Positions 49,201-62,282 of a stretch of 64,000 nucleotides of DNA are shown one piece after another. The DNA comes from Octopus sinensis (taxonomy: Eukaryota), in NCBI RefSeq assembly GCF_006345805.1, contig NC_043001.1, forward strand, positions 120,714,001 through 120,778,000, written 5' to 3'. Within the stretch, counting starts at the first letter, position 1. Each line of letters starts with the position of its first letter. A program made the position numbers and the translations under genes. The notes below the pieces were generated by a model. The model was not told the DNA's origin, made no database searches, and saw nothing but the letters and a program-made list of their open reading frames with translations.

Positions 49201-50990
49201 CAAATCCTTCCTAATGTTTTAATTTTATGCTCCTGCTTCAAATCAATAAAACAAATGTCAAGAATATACCGAGGTCAATTCTGTTAATTACATGACTTCC
49301 TGTTCAAAAATTGGCCATGTTCCTAGTCTGAGGAAATCAATATTTGTTGTAAGAGAGTTGTTATTTTGGCACTGAGTGAGTATTGTCTAATTGGTACAAT
49401 AAATACTAGATATTTCATGGCACTCTTTATCATAGAAAAAATGGTAGAATTGATTATCCTTATAAAAACACAAAATTAAATTTTGGTCTATGGCAGATGT
49501 GTAGTTTAACTCCAATAGGTATCTATTCACTTTGTTTTCCATCCTAAGAACATTTTTCTCCCCCCCACCACCTTTTTTACCTAATATACTGTGAATTTAT
49601 ATCTACATTTTCATTCAAGCAGATTTGTAAAAGACAAATTAGTTACTTTAGTGTAAACAATATCACAGTCATCGTGGTGTCTGGTGCTTGGCAGATATAA
49701 TAATAAATGATAATAATGAAATTATTGTATACAGTGCTCAGGTGCACCACAACTGCTCAGGTGCAGCCACAATATGTGGCTTGATTTCCGTGGATGTTTG
49801 TTTGCCCGTTTTCCCTCCAAAGGGCTTTTTTTTTTTACCCGGTATATTGCAAGCCATTTCTTATAGCTACATTTGCATTTGAGCAGCTTCATAAAAACCG
49901 CAAGACTTATTTTCATATTTTTTTGATGTTTCTAAATTATGATCTAACTATAAACAAACTTCAATTATTTTGTAATTTGCTACTGTACTGCAAATATTCC
50001 ATCTCAATTTTCTTTTTAATTTAAGATTTTCAATAAGAGAATATTTCTACAGCCCTCTTACACAGACTGTACATAGCTTTAGAAATTAGTCCCCAAAATA
50101 AGGTTTTTTTTAAAATAATCAATAACCTATTCAATATTATAGAATTTTCAAAGAATTTAAGATAATCTAATCTATCACCCATTCTACAATATGGTGTTCA
50201 GTTTACTTTGCCTTTCATTCATTATCTTTTGATAAATATTGATTTCGTTTTGGAAAGTAGACAAATCGATCTCTTTTGACATTGATAAATTTATAACTCA
50301 CACAGCTGATACAGACTGAGAAATACTTGAGTAGAAATAGTTTGGTGAAACCAGAGCTTTAGCAAACAAGGTCACTCAAGGTAGAGACACAGAGGAACGT
50401 CATTCAAAATGTTAAAACATGCTGATGAGGTTGACATGAGCTTTAGCCTTCAAATCATGCTTGGCTAAGTGTCTAGCTGGATATATCATAACTGGGCCAT
50501 ACCTTGGTTTGTATATTATTCTATAAACAAGAAGACCTACATTTTTATTTTGCTTTATAAGGGGTGTGGCAAATTTGCAGAGTTATTAAAGAGTTGAATG
50601 AATTGACTCTGCAAAGAATCTCTTATCTATTTATTTAGAGGGACAAGCAAGATGTCTTTGCAGTATCAGTTCTAGCTCTCTGCATTCTGACAGCAATACC
50701 GACGATGACTCTGGTGCCTTGCTGTATCAGCTCAACTTTGTTGCCTTTCCCTTAGATAAATATTAGTGGCAGGGAGAGGGGAGACTTGCATCTAAAATAC
50801 CTTACCCAGGCCTCTATGCATATGTACAGACAATATAAGAAGTTATTAGCATAGGGGTTCTGCAAAAAAACTGGATGACCAGCCCTTGATTGACCAAAGA
50901 ATTTCTCAAGTCCTGATTCCTTGAGATAGTCTATGATAACTACATCAGTTCCATCTCATTATGAAAGACTAGGTTGCTTGGTTTACATAC

Positions 50991-51205
50991 TCTTTTACTC
51001 GTTTCAGTCATTTGACTGCGGCCATGCTGGAGTACCGCCTTTAGTTGAACAAATCGACCCCAGGACTTATTCTTTGTAAGCGTAGTACTTATTCTATCGG
51101 TTTCTTTTGCCAAACCACTAAGTTATGGGGACGTAAACACACCAGCATTGGTTGTCAAGCGATGTTGGGGGAACAAACACAGACACACAAATATATACAC
51201 ACACA

Positions 51206-51247
<42 letters not shown>

Positions 51248-51420
51248 CACATATATAGGATGGGCTTCTTTCAGTTTCTGTCTACCAAATCCACTCACAA
51301 GACTTTGGTCAGCCCAAGGCTATAGTAGAAGACACTTGCCCAAGGTGCCATGCAGTGGAGCTGAACCTGGAACCATGTGGTTGATAAGCAAGCTACTTAC
51401 CACACAGCCACTCCTGCGCC
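50991..51420 (-). mobile_element. Full-length, young OR-type SINE
   Basis: From the tail TCTTTTACTCGTTTCAGTCATTTGACTGCGGCCATGCTGGAG to the head CCACACAGCCACTCCTGCGCC, with an internal (CA)(TA)n tract. Confidence 0.92.
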
Positions 51421-52028
51421 TATGCAAGGACATCTGCAACGTCCTTGCAAATAAATTTTAATTCTTTCCTGGCTTTCATGAAAATGAGTTTAACTTCATT
51501 CTCGAGAATAAGAAGAAAGCATGTACCAAACTATGAAACCTTGTTGGATGTGAAAGGTGCCCACTGTCTCAACCAACTAAGATTCAACAAAATCTGATAT
51601 CTACTTAATCTTACTAGGTTTTTAGGCTTATCTTTATTACATTAATTCAAAGAATTAGCGACCCAATTTCCATCAAACCATACATGTACATTTCAATCTC
51701 TGCAAAAAAATGTTGTCCAAGATACACTTTATCTGTAAAAGCAACTGATCCCTTATGAATTCTTCTTGATCACAGATCTGCTCAACCAAGGCTGAGTAGA
51801 TCTATGATCAAGACAACAATACATACTCCATGTATTCAGAGAGTCTCTGGTTTTGTATTAATTAGTTTATATTTTATTTCAAGCACTTACTTTTCCCCAT
51901 TTCAAATTAATGAATTGGTTATATTTCCTTCCAGTTTCTACTGTTGACCCCTCTGTCCAGCATTCGCCATGATAGATCGCTGGCCACTACACCTTCTTTA
52001 TTTTCTCTCCTTGTTTCTTTCTGTGTTC

Positions 52029-52064
52029 CTTTCTGTAGAAGAGCGTAGGCTCGAAACGTTAAAG
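52029..52064 (+). ncRNA. Minimal type I hammerhead-ribozyme-like motif (variant core) in a probable Penelope pLTR fragment (about 51935-52160)
   Basis: CUUU-[CUGUAGA]-A-GAGC(GUAG)GCUC-GAAA-CG-UU-AAAG: 4-bp stem I, 4-bp stem II and palindromic ACGU stem III. The core deviates (A6U) and the cleavage triplet is GUU. Confidence 0.55.
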
Positions 52065-52188
52065 ACTTTTTCACTTCCCGAGCATTAAAGACTTTTTCAC
52101 TTCCCGAGCATTAATACATCTGTTTGTTGTCTACACCACCTATCTTCGTCTTTTGTTTTTTGTGAATTCTCCCTACATATATATATAT

Positions 52189-52520
52189 AAAGGTAAAGAC
52201 CCCCTTCGGTCATGAATGACCATGGGATTGCACCTAGAAAGTTACCCTCCTAGACACAAGTCCGGGCAAGGTTGTTTATGGAAGACCAGCAGTCGCCCAT
52301 GCATACCAGCCTCCCCTCTCCACGCCACCAGTGTTATCCAAGGGAAAGACAAAGGTCGATAAAGCTTGGCACCAGTGACGACGCAACTCATTTCTACAGC
52401 TGAGTGAACTGGAGCAACGTGAAATAAAGTGCCTTGCTCAAGAACACAACACGCAGCCCGGTCCGGGATTCGATCTCACAACCTCACGATCGTAAGCTCG
52501 ACGCTCTAACCACTGAGCCA
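52189..52520 (-). mobile_element. Young OK-type tRNA-derived SINE
   Basis: The reverse strand starts TGGCTCAGTGGTTAGAGCGTCGAGCTTACGATCGTGAGGTTGTGAGATCGAATCCCGG (A and B boxes), then GTGTTCTTGAGCAAGGCACTT. Confidence 0.88.
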
Positions 52521-53954
52521 AATCAGAAAATCAAAATATGGTTTCAGATTCTAATGATTGTTAAAATCGAAGTAAATTTGATTCGGTTGGAACACAACTC
52601 CTAATCTTGATTCAATGATAACATACCTAATAATCTTGGTCCATTAAAAACTTGTCCTCTAGTCTTCATTCAGCAGGAATTTATCCTCTAGCATGTTAGA
52701 TGAGATGTCTTATGGTGTTTGTTCCAATTCTCTGTGTTCTGAATTCAAATCCTGCCGTGGTCTACTTTATTGATAGGTTTGACACCTCCATCACCACCAC
52801 CACCATCTGACACTTTAAGATCCTTAAGTAGAATCTGCTCTGTTGTAAGCATTCAATCTCTGATGCAAGAATCTCATGCTCCCACCTTCTCGCTAGTATC
52901 AGAGGCCTTATGAAAGGTTCATGGGTGCTTCCACTTCACTAAAACATATATTTTTAAAAATAGAGCACTTTTTGGACATCAAAATCTTGTTTACCTTATT
53001 TCATATGGTTAATTACTGGTTCCACTTTTTATCATACCAGTAATATTCAGTATGGCAACAAGATGACAATGTAGGAAATTAGTCACTGTATTTATGTATA
53101 ATTTGTTTAATCTTTTATTGGATTCAGTGTCTGGACTATGGCTATGCTGGGGCACTACTGTCAAAACGTTTAGCTGATCATATCATTCCCTGTAATTCTA
53201 TTACCAGCTACAATATTTTTTATTTAATTAAATTGCTAATTACATTTTCACACAAAGGGAGACATCTCAACACACTCATTAACATGTACATAGTTAAAAA
53301 TCATACTGACTGTACTATCCAAACATGAGACAAGATACAGCTCACATATAATTTTTGTAGTGGTTAAATGATATTTAACTCTCACTGGATTGGCTCCTAC
53401 TTTATTGATTCAACCACTAAGCAAGCAATACATACTAGTATGTGGGGGGTGCATATTACTTACAACAGAAACCTGCAGTGACTATAACAGAATAACAGGC
53501 ACTCAAATTCATATATAACTATATTTTTAAGTTTATTCTAAGCTTGAAAAAAAAAAACAGTCAGTAAAGAGTTAAGTGAATTTAAAATTTGGTAAACTGA
53601 CTTGGAATTGATATACTTAACAGTAAATATGTTAATAGTATGTTGGTATGTCCATAAAATGTTTTAGCTGAAAACTCTCCATAAAAGGTGAAATTATTTC
53701 AAATCTTGCTAAAATGTCTTTATTATTATTATTAAGATGGCAAACTGACAGAATCATTAGAGAAATAAGAATGCTTTGCAATATTTGTTCTGATTCTTTG
53801 CATTCTTAGTTCAAATCTCACTTAGGTCAACTTTGACTTTTATCTTTTTGAGACCAATAAAGAACCAGTTAAGAACTGAGGGTCAATGCAATCAACTAAC
53901 CCCTACCCTTCAAAATTGCTGGCTCTGTGCCTAAATTAGAAACCATTATTTCAA

Positions 53955-54170
53955 TCCTTTCTATTATTGGCACAAGTCTTGAAATTTCGAGGGAGAGGAA
54001 CAGTCAATTACATTGACCCCAGTGCTTAACTAGTATTATTTCATTAACCCCAAAAGGATGAAAGGCACAGTCAAACTCGGCAAAATCTGAATTCAATAAA
54101 TGAAGATAGGAAAAATGCTGCTAAACAGTTTGTCTGGCATACTAACAAATCTGCTAGTTTGCTGCCTGAA
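53955..54170 (-). mobile_element. CpG-decayed Nin-like SINE
   Basis: CCCCAAAAGGATGAAAGGCACAGTCAAACTCGG is the consensus with CG converted to CA/TG. Similar decayed copies occur at about 59810-59960 and 60345-60565. Confidence 0.75.
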
Positions 54171-56254
54171 AACCATAATTATAATGGTTTCATTATTTCT
54201 TTACTTTATGCAAACTGCTCCAAATCTCACACAGATGCCTCAAGTAACAGCAAGTTAGACATTTTACTAATTATGAGTAGCAATGATATATTTCCAGAAA
54301 AGGGGACCAAATACTGAGAATTAAGATTTTGTTAAAAGTATGTTGTGATATTTGAAATTTTGAAAGATTTTTGAAGATTCAGATATTCTCAGTTAAAAGC
54401 ATTTTTTCTTGGGATGTGGGCTGTTTCCATGAAAAAACTATTTTGTATTTCTAATATTTTTCAGTTTCATGCTATTTGATCGTTGCATTTAAGAGTGCTA
54501 TTTGGTATAATCTCCAAAGCTTCAATGATCACATGCACAGTTGATGTTCTCAGGTATCACATTTTAGAAACTTCACTTTCAAGATTCTTGAATTTATTTA
54601 ACTTTTCAAATGTTTTCACAGATGTTGCAGTTTGATGGGGTTTCTATATCCCTGAGCATATTATTAAGACAGTAAGCAGCATTTCTTATTGCTCTTTGTT
54701 TTGAGTTCAAATACCACTGCTATTTCTTGCAGATTGAGTGACTATGTGATGTTTCTTTTGTTGGCTTGGCTTGTCAGAGTGTAACACATGCCATTGACTA
54801 AATAAGAACCATGGAATTTTTTGCCAGCTGATACCCACAAGTTAAAAGCAAAATGAGGAGCCTCTGTTTTGTCAACTGAACTGCAAGAAATAGCAACTAA
54901 ATCTCCCTTAAAACATTCTGCACCATTTCCAAAGAATGTGTGACACATATAATGTAGTCCTAGACACTTGTAAAAAAGGAAAAAATACAAGGTGTAATAA
55001 TCACAGCTAAAATGTTTCGATCATACATTTGCTTGTTCAGGGGTGACCTAGGGCTGAACAGCAATAGTAGCAATTAGTCATGACTCCTCAGCTTGAGTTT
55101 TCAATTAGCATTAATTTCAAAACCACTTGATTACGAGTACTTTTAGCAATATCCTGAAAGCACAAAGAGCTAAATCTAACAAAGCAACATGTAATACTAG
55201 ATATAATTTAATTGACAATATACTTGTCTATTTGTCATCTCTAATATCTGTCAATATTAAGCATCTATTAGCATTGATTTATATATTTTTTCAATTTTTT
55301 TTTCCTCATCTCAACAGAAACAATTTCACCATCCAGCCATCTCAGCCAATGCAATTTCCAAGAGCAGCAAGGCAGTATGGCAGTTTAGTGAAAGTGTAAT
55401 CCATTTTGACAAGTCTACATTTCAACATTATCATTGAATAGATTGGTGGAGCATCTGACAAAATAGCTTTCAGTATTTAGTTGTGTTTTTTTCTTATATT
55501 CTGAGTTCAAATCCCACTAGGTTTGACTTTGCCTTGCATCCTTCCAGGGATCAATAAAATAATTTGCCAAAATAATTTGCTGAGGAAGTTCTGGAGTCAT
55601 TTTAAATGGTTGTAAATGTCATTTCCTTGCTTTGAGTATTTGAGCCTTTGTCAGAAATAACTATTGCTACTAACCAGATCAAGATTCCTTTAATACTCTA
55701 CCAAATTAACAAATGTAATTAAGCAAGTTTGACCATTTTTAGTATAGCCAGTTTGACCCAACTTTTACTGCAGGTATAAAACATCTTCCATCATACATCA
55801 TTCATGTTACATGTCTGTATCTGTGCAGCCACCACATCTACTAAACATTGAGAAATACCTTTGATATTCAGTCACTTTCTAAACAAGCATTCAGTCTTTC
55901 ATGTAATAAATAAAATTCAGTCCATGGTGGTTGTCAATGCTGTCAAAAGCTATTCAGTGAAATAAAGAATTTAGATATGTTCTTATGATATGAATGGGAT
56001 GTAACTTCTCAGGTTTCAAGCAAAATCCCTTTGCCAGAAAGATAGCATTTTATATTTTTATATTTTTCATTAAATTTGTGAATTTTATGAGTCGATGTAT
56101 TTCAATATATTTATTGCCAGCAGCTTCAAATTTCTACACTCATTGCTTTTACTTCCCTATCTCACAGATCACACTCCTAATATGTATTATCAAGTTAGTC
56201 TTTTCTTCACAGTGGAAAAACCCTACATCAACAGCTAAGATAATGCTTCCTTAA

Positions 56255-56476
56255 CCCTTTTATTACCATATTTCTGTTGAGATGCTCTGTATTTCTTTCA
56301 ATTAATTTTAAATATAACAAAGGATTTAATAAAATAACTTAGTTATCATTAAGCTAGTATTCGGAATATAAATTGTGACTAAGGTTTAGTGGAAGATTTT
56401 AATTCAGAACTTCTGAAAACAGGAAATTTGTACTACAGAGTCAAGGGCAGTTTCAGGCAGGTTGGTATCAAAAGAG
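56255..56476. mobile_element. piggyBac-like MITE (TTAA TSD), older copy
   Basis: TTAA at 56251-56254 and 56477-56480. The body is homologous to 62070-62282 and the TIRs are decayed. Confidence 0.75.
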
Positions 56477-57328
56477 TTAAGCTTCACTTTGTTCTTATTG
56501 TAATTATTATTTTCTCTAAACACCTTAACAGCAGTGTTTATAGTACCTAGATGATAAGCAGAATGGAGTAACTCCATAAACAGAACGGAGCTACCCACTT
56601 GATCAACACTGTCTTAATGTAGTGAGTGGTATCTATATAACAAAGCCCTAATTTGCAGTGTAAGGCTCAACAGATTTTCTACTTTCTGCTGCTGAGTATT
56701 ACATGAATATCTGCTATGATGACATTTTTTAGCAGTGTTGTATGGTGATGCTTGTCCCAGGGTGTGTCACTCTACTGATCCTACTACCTTGGCATAACTC
56801 TTTTACTCTTGTACCTCTTTCTGGAACATTGCCTTGAAGGATTTAGTCAAGAGAGTACAAGAATGACAGTGGCACTTATTCTATTGTGCTCTCTCTCATG
56901 CTCCCTCTCTCCTCTCTCTCTCCTCTCTCTCTCTCCTCTCTCTCTCTCTCTCAGATGCTAATTTACAAAGATGTACATATGCGCTCATACATGCATACAC
57001 AATGAGTTTCCATACAGTTTCCCCATTACCAAATTCACTCATGGTCTAGAGCAATACGAGAAGAAACTTGCCCAAGCTATCACACAGTGATACTGAACCC
57101 AACACCATGTAGTTGCAAAGTGAATATGCTAACCATACAGCCAAGTGTAAATATTCAAACTTTGAGGTTTTTCTGTGCACATACGGCAAAAAGATCTGTA
57201 AACTATAAATGGTTAATAGTGTCTGTGTTGCTCAGCCATTAAAAAAACATTTTGGTAAAGTATGTAAAAGTGTTCAGGTTTTATTCATTGTGTTTAAATT
57301 TTTTACAAGATGTTTTTCCAATCAATGT

Positions 57329-57705
57329 AGGTGCAGGTGTGGCTGTGTGGTAAGAAGTTTGCTTCCCAGTCACATAGTTCTGGGTTCACTCCTGCTGTAT
57401 GGTATCTTGGGCACATGTCTTCTACAATAGCTTCAGGCCAACCAAAACCTTGTGAGTGAATTTGGTAGGCAGAAATGGAAAGAAGTCCATCGCGCACATG
57501 TGTGTGTGTGTGTGTGTGTGTCCCACCACCACTTGACCACCAGTGTTGAAGTGTGTACATTCCTGTAATTTTGCTATTTGGTAAAAGAGACCAACAGAAT
57601 AAGTACTAAGCTTTAAAATGTAGTAAGTAGTGGGATTCATTTGTTTGACTAAAAGTGCTTCCAGATGTTGCTTCAACCTGGCTGCAGTCATGACAAAAAA
57701 GAAAA
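57329..57705 (+). mobile_element. OR-type SINE (CpG-decayed)
   Basis: GGTGCAGGTGTGGCTGTGTGGTAAGAAG head, internal (TG)n tract and GGCTGCAGTCATGAC tail. Confidence 0.85.
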
Positions 57706-60700
57706 ACAATAACATTCAGTTGTGTTTTTGAGGTGAGTGGAACATCTGCAGTGGCAGAAAATCAGATTATTTAAACCTGGAATAGAGTGAGGGCTAAATT
57801 TGGCCAATATATGTTTATGTATTAATATAGTTTCTACTACAACTATAGAATATATTTCTGTTTCTATTGCAACACATATTTTTGCTTATTTTTATATTTT
57901 GCTTCTTTTTTATTTTTATATTTTTATTTTTATAAATAAACTTTGTATTGTTGTTTAGCCCAAGGTCAGCCCTGATGAAGCAGACCTATGATCAAAGGCA
58001 ATCCAGTCATTTTATGTCTCTAAGCTATTACATTTTCCAATGTATTTTTTTTTATTTAGAAGAGTATGATTTGAGGGCGATCTAGTGACTCTTCCTAGTA
58101 CATCTAACAACTAAATAATAGCTCCCTTACCCTCATTAATGCATTATATTATTTCACAAAAAGGGTGAAGAGAAATGTGGTTACATACATGTACATACAC
58201 ATTTTCTATAAAATATTTTAACATAAAATTCAGTTGAGATTGTATTTGAACAACAGGTTTTATGGTCATTTAAGACATTACAGCAAAAATAAATATTTTC
58301 TAAACAATATTGAATATTGCTCACCAACTTACCAAGTAGTTTGTTTAAAAAAATTTATTATAAATTCATTAAAATCAATTTATGGCCACCTTAAAATGTA
58401 ATAGGTTATACATTTTATTTGAATAGTAACCATATTTTATCTTCAAAAAATATTTAATGGAGAAACTAAAATAGCAAATTCTAACAACAAAAAAATATTA
58501 ATTTAAGCCGATTTTAGTATTTTTATCATCGTGTTTTTTCCAAAATCAAATATGCTATTTGTCCCCCAAGAAAGATCTCAAAAACTTACTGCATGTCCTT
58601 GAGAAAGCTTAGTTTTCAAAAGCCAATTTTATCTCCAGAGAAGGATTATTTCTGTTAAACTTATCATGTCTCCATACTGTACAAAAGGAAGGGAAAAAAT
58701 GCAGACTATAAGTGATCAATAAGATTTCTATTCTTTTATTCTTTCAACCTTGAATTCTTAGTCAATCATATGAAAGGCAAAGTTGATCTCATTGTGATCT
58801 GAATTCAGAGCACAGAGTGTTGCAACAAATACTGCATTGCACACTTGGCTGTCAAAACTTGCATCTGTAACTGTTCTTCCTTTTAAATATTATTTTAGAG
58901 TCTTAATCATAGCCTCATCTTTATAGTTATGTTATTCTTTTGTTAGTGTTGAACTTAGGAAATGATCTTAGATTCAATAATTTTACTCCAGCAATGATTT
59001 GGAAAAATATTCATTTGCTTAACTCTTTTGAATTCACTGTCTGACACCTCACTTGACTCTTTTGATATGAAAAACCGAATACAATATTTTCATATTTAAA
59101 TTAAATCATTCCTTCATAATTTTATGTAAGAACCTTTTCTTTGTTTTTTAATTTACATAGGTCATGGACAACCTGCAGATCACAAAACTTTCTAAATGGG
59201 GTAGCTAACAAAAAATAAGTTTGAATATTTTGGTAGTGAAGCCCACCTAATGATGAGCCCATGCCTGATGCAGCCTCCCTCTCAAAAATGATTGCCCATT
59301 CCTGCTTTATGTCATATATATCAGTTTAGTATATCAATAAATAAATGAGTCAATGAGAGACTCTGCATGATTACTCAATATATTAGAAATAATAGTCAAA
59401 TATCCCATAAATAATGAGGTAATATAAACTTAAATACTCTAAGTGATGATTAGAATCTTTTTGACTATAGGTCAGCATGACTAGAATTGAACTGAAATTA
59501 GACAACAGCAATAAAATGAAAAAGTTTTAGATTTTTTTTTCTTTTTTAATCCCTTGTTCAGGTGGAACAGATGTGCCCATAACCCTTTTTAGAGTCTCTG
59601 AGCCTGGTGAGAGAGAGAGGAGATATGTGACTCAAATGCTTTCAACAGAATGAAGTTTGCTGAAAATACCCAATGGCTAAGTAACGGTGTTAATCCGGGC
59701 AATGAATTAAGCCTCCTACCAAAATAGGCCACAGAACAATTTGGATTCAGGATTCAAAGAATCTAAACAAATACCACAAAACATAGAATAGAATATTCTA
59801 ACAGTTCCACTTGTCCACTACCTTGACCTAATACCTTCTTTATCAACCCCAAAAGGATGAAAGACAAATTGACTTTAGTGGGATTTGAACTCAAAATGCA
59901 AAGATCCAGAGCAATACTGCAAGAGATTACATTTGATGGTTTAATGCTTCGGACAATTCATTATGTTTCACTAAATCCTAAATTCCGGTTTTTTTTTTTC
60001 CCCAAATTCATTAAAACATAATATTTGAATAAATTTGATCCGTGAAAAGGTTAATGCTGTCAGGGTGATGATTTTTCTGACTAAATAACTATATTTAGTT
60101 TTGAATCTACATTTTGAGCTCATTACTGTGCCTATCCTGGTTTTAGAATGGATATACAGTATCCCTGCATTGTTGTAAGAGGCTATTAAACAGACTGGTA
60201 CTAAAAAGACATATGGTTGTAAAAATCAATTTTTGATGAAATCAGTAACAGTAATACATAAGGGTTTGATTCATTCAACTATATTCCTTCTCTTAGAAGT
60301 ATTGGACTTTTCCCTAACAAAAAGTATTATTAACATGATGAATGCAACTGGAAAAGGGGATTGGCAGAATTGTTAGAGTATTGGACAAAATGCCTGGTAT
60401 TTTTTCTGGCCCTTTATAATTAGAGTTTAAATCCTGCCAAAATCAATTTTGCCTTTTATTTTTCCTCCTTCTGAGATCGATAAAGTACCAGTTAAGTAAT
60501 GGGATCAATATAATTGACTAACACACTCCCTTAAAATTTGGGTCTTTTTGCCTATCTTAGAAACAATTAGTGTGAGGAATGTCCCTGGCTTGTTCACTCT
60601 TTATGATCAATATTTGCTTGATATAAGAATCATTCAATGATATGATAGACTTGTCAGCCTGAGACCATTTATGAAAACTGGTTCTAACATTAGTAATTTC

Positions 60701-62069
60701 AATCTTCAACAAGTGTCTTTAGCAGATATATATTTTTTTCCTTTATGAAACGATCAACACAACCACCCAACCTGAATTTAAATGAGTTGTGATAAGCTAA
60801 AGTGAATGCAAAATGATAGGGAAATATCAAAAATGTTCAACATCACTCAAATCTTATGAATTCCTCAAATTAATGCCTGCTTGTCATGGAATGCATTAAT
60901 GTCATATTTCATTCCTTTCAGAGATTAAGATATTAAGTGCATTTAAATGCCTGTCATGTCATCCCTGCAGTAGTCACTCTAGGATATGCATAAGCTACAC
61001 AAATTTTACTGCACTTTTACTGCAATTATATCGTCTTACGCAGTCAAAAGATTAATTTTAAACATTCTCCTTAGAATAGCATGCATTGACATAGATAGAA
61101 ATTTTCAAGGAAAGATTTTCAAAATTTTACTTTACAATGAATTGCTCAGTTGACCCTATTTTGTAACTATTCATAAAGCAAAGCTCTGTCTGAAGAGCAA
61201 TACCAAGTTGATGAAATTTGTTACAATTTTAATTAAGCAATTTTTGACAACAAATCACAACATATCTTCAAAGGTCTCCATCTCCTGTCATTGCATCTGC
61301 AGGGCCCAATGTACCTTGCTTATTCTATCTTTCAGTCATGGAGGCTTTTTAACTTTGAGTTACAAGGCAACGTCACTAGTGCTGGTACCATGGAAAAGGT
61401 ATCCAGAACACTCTACACTATAAGGTGGTTAACAAATCAAGCAGAAACAATGCAAGATGGGGAGGACTTCTTAGGGGACTACCAAGAGGGCTGAGAGTGA
61501 CAATGGAAGGTTGAGAGGACTATCAAGAACAAGACAAGCTCTAAGATTGTGCCTTTAAAAAATGCACTCAGTACACTCTGTAAAATGGTTGGTGTTAGGA
61601 AGGGCATCCAACTTTAGAAGTCATGTCAAAACTAGCATTGGAGCACGATGCAGTCTTCCAACCTATTGGATCCTTTTGAACCATCTAATCCATGCCAGCA
61701 CGGAAAGCGGTTGTCAAATGAGGATTAGCTACATGAATGCAGTTCTGTCTCATTATATCAGTTTAATTAAATATCTTTTGCTTCTATTCATCATTTAATT
61801 TAGTTGATTAATTCCTCTATTTTATGGATGCTGTTATCACCAGCATCTTCATTGATAATGACATATTTGTGTTTGTTCTACAGTAAATATTGCATCTTTA
61901 CACTGTTTGGCTTTATATCATGTTATCAGCCATTAAACATTTTAAGTGCTTATTCCCCATACTGACATTGTTTCCATTTGAAAACTCTTCTTTTCAATTC
62001 TATCTTTTGTCTTTACAAATATATAAAACTTGATAAACTAAAAAGTGTAATTGATGTTAGACAGTTTAA

Positions 62070-62282
62070 CCCTTTCGTTACTGTATTTCTTTTGAGATGC
62101 TCTGTGTTTCTTTCAATTACTTTAATATAACAAAGAATTTAGTAAAATTATTTGGTTATCATTAAGCTAATGTTAGGAACATAAATTGTGACTAAGGTTT
62201 GATGGAAGATTTTAATTCAAACCTTATGAAAACAAAACATTTGTACTCAGAGCCGGTTTCAGCCAGGTTGGTAACGAAAGGG
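62070..62282. mobile_element. piggyBac-like MITE, 213 bp
   Basis: TTAA TSD at 62066-62069 and 62283-62286, with perfect 12-bp TIRs CCCTTTCGTTAC / GTAACGAAAGGG. Confidence 0.85.

Noticed and set aside
59158-59306. Possible hAT-type MITE (TAGGTCATGGACAAC ... ATTGCCCATTCCTG)
   Set aside because: The TIRs match poorly and no 8-bp TSD could be identified.
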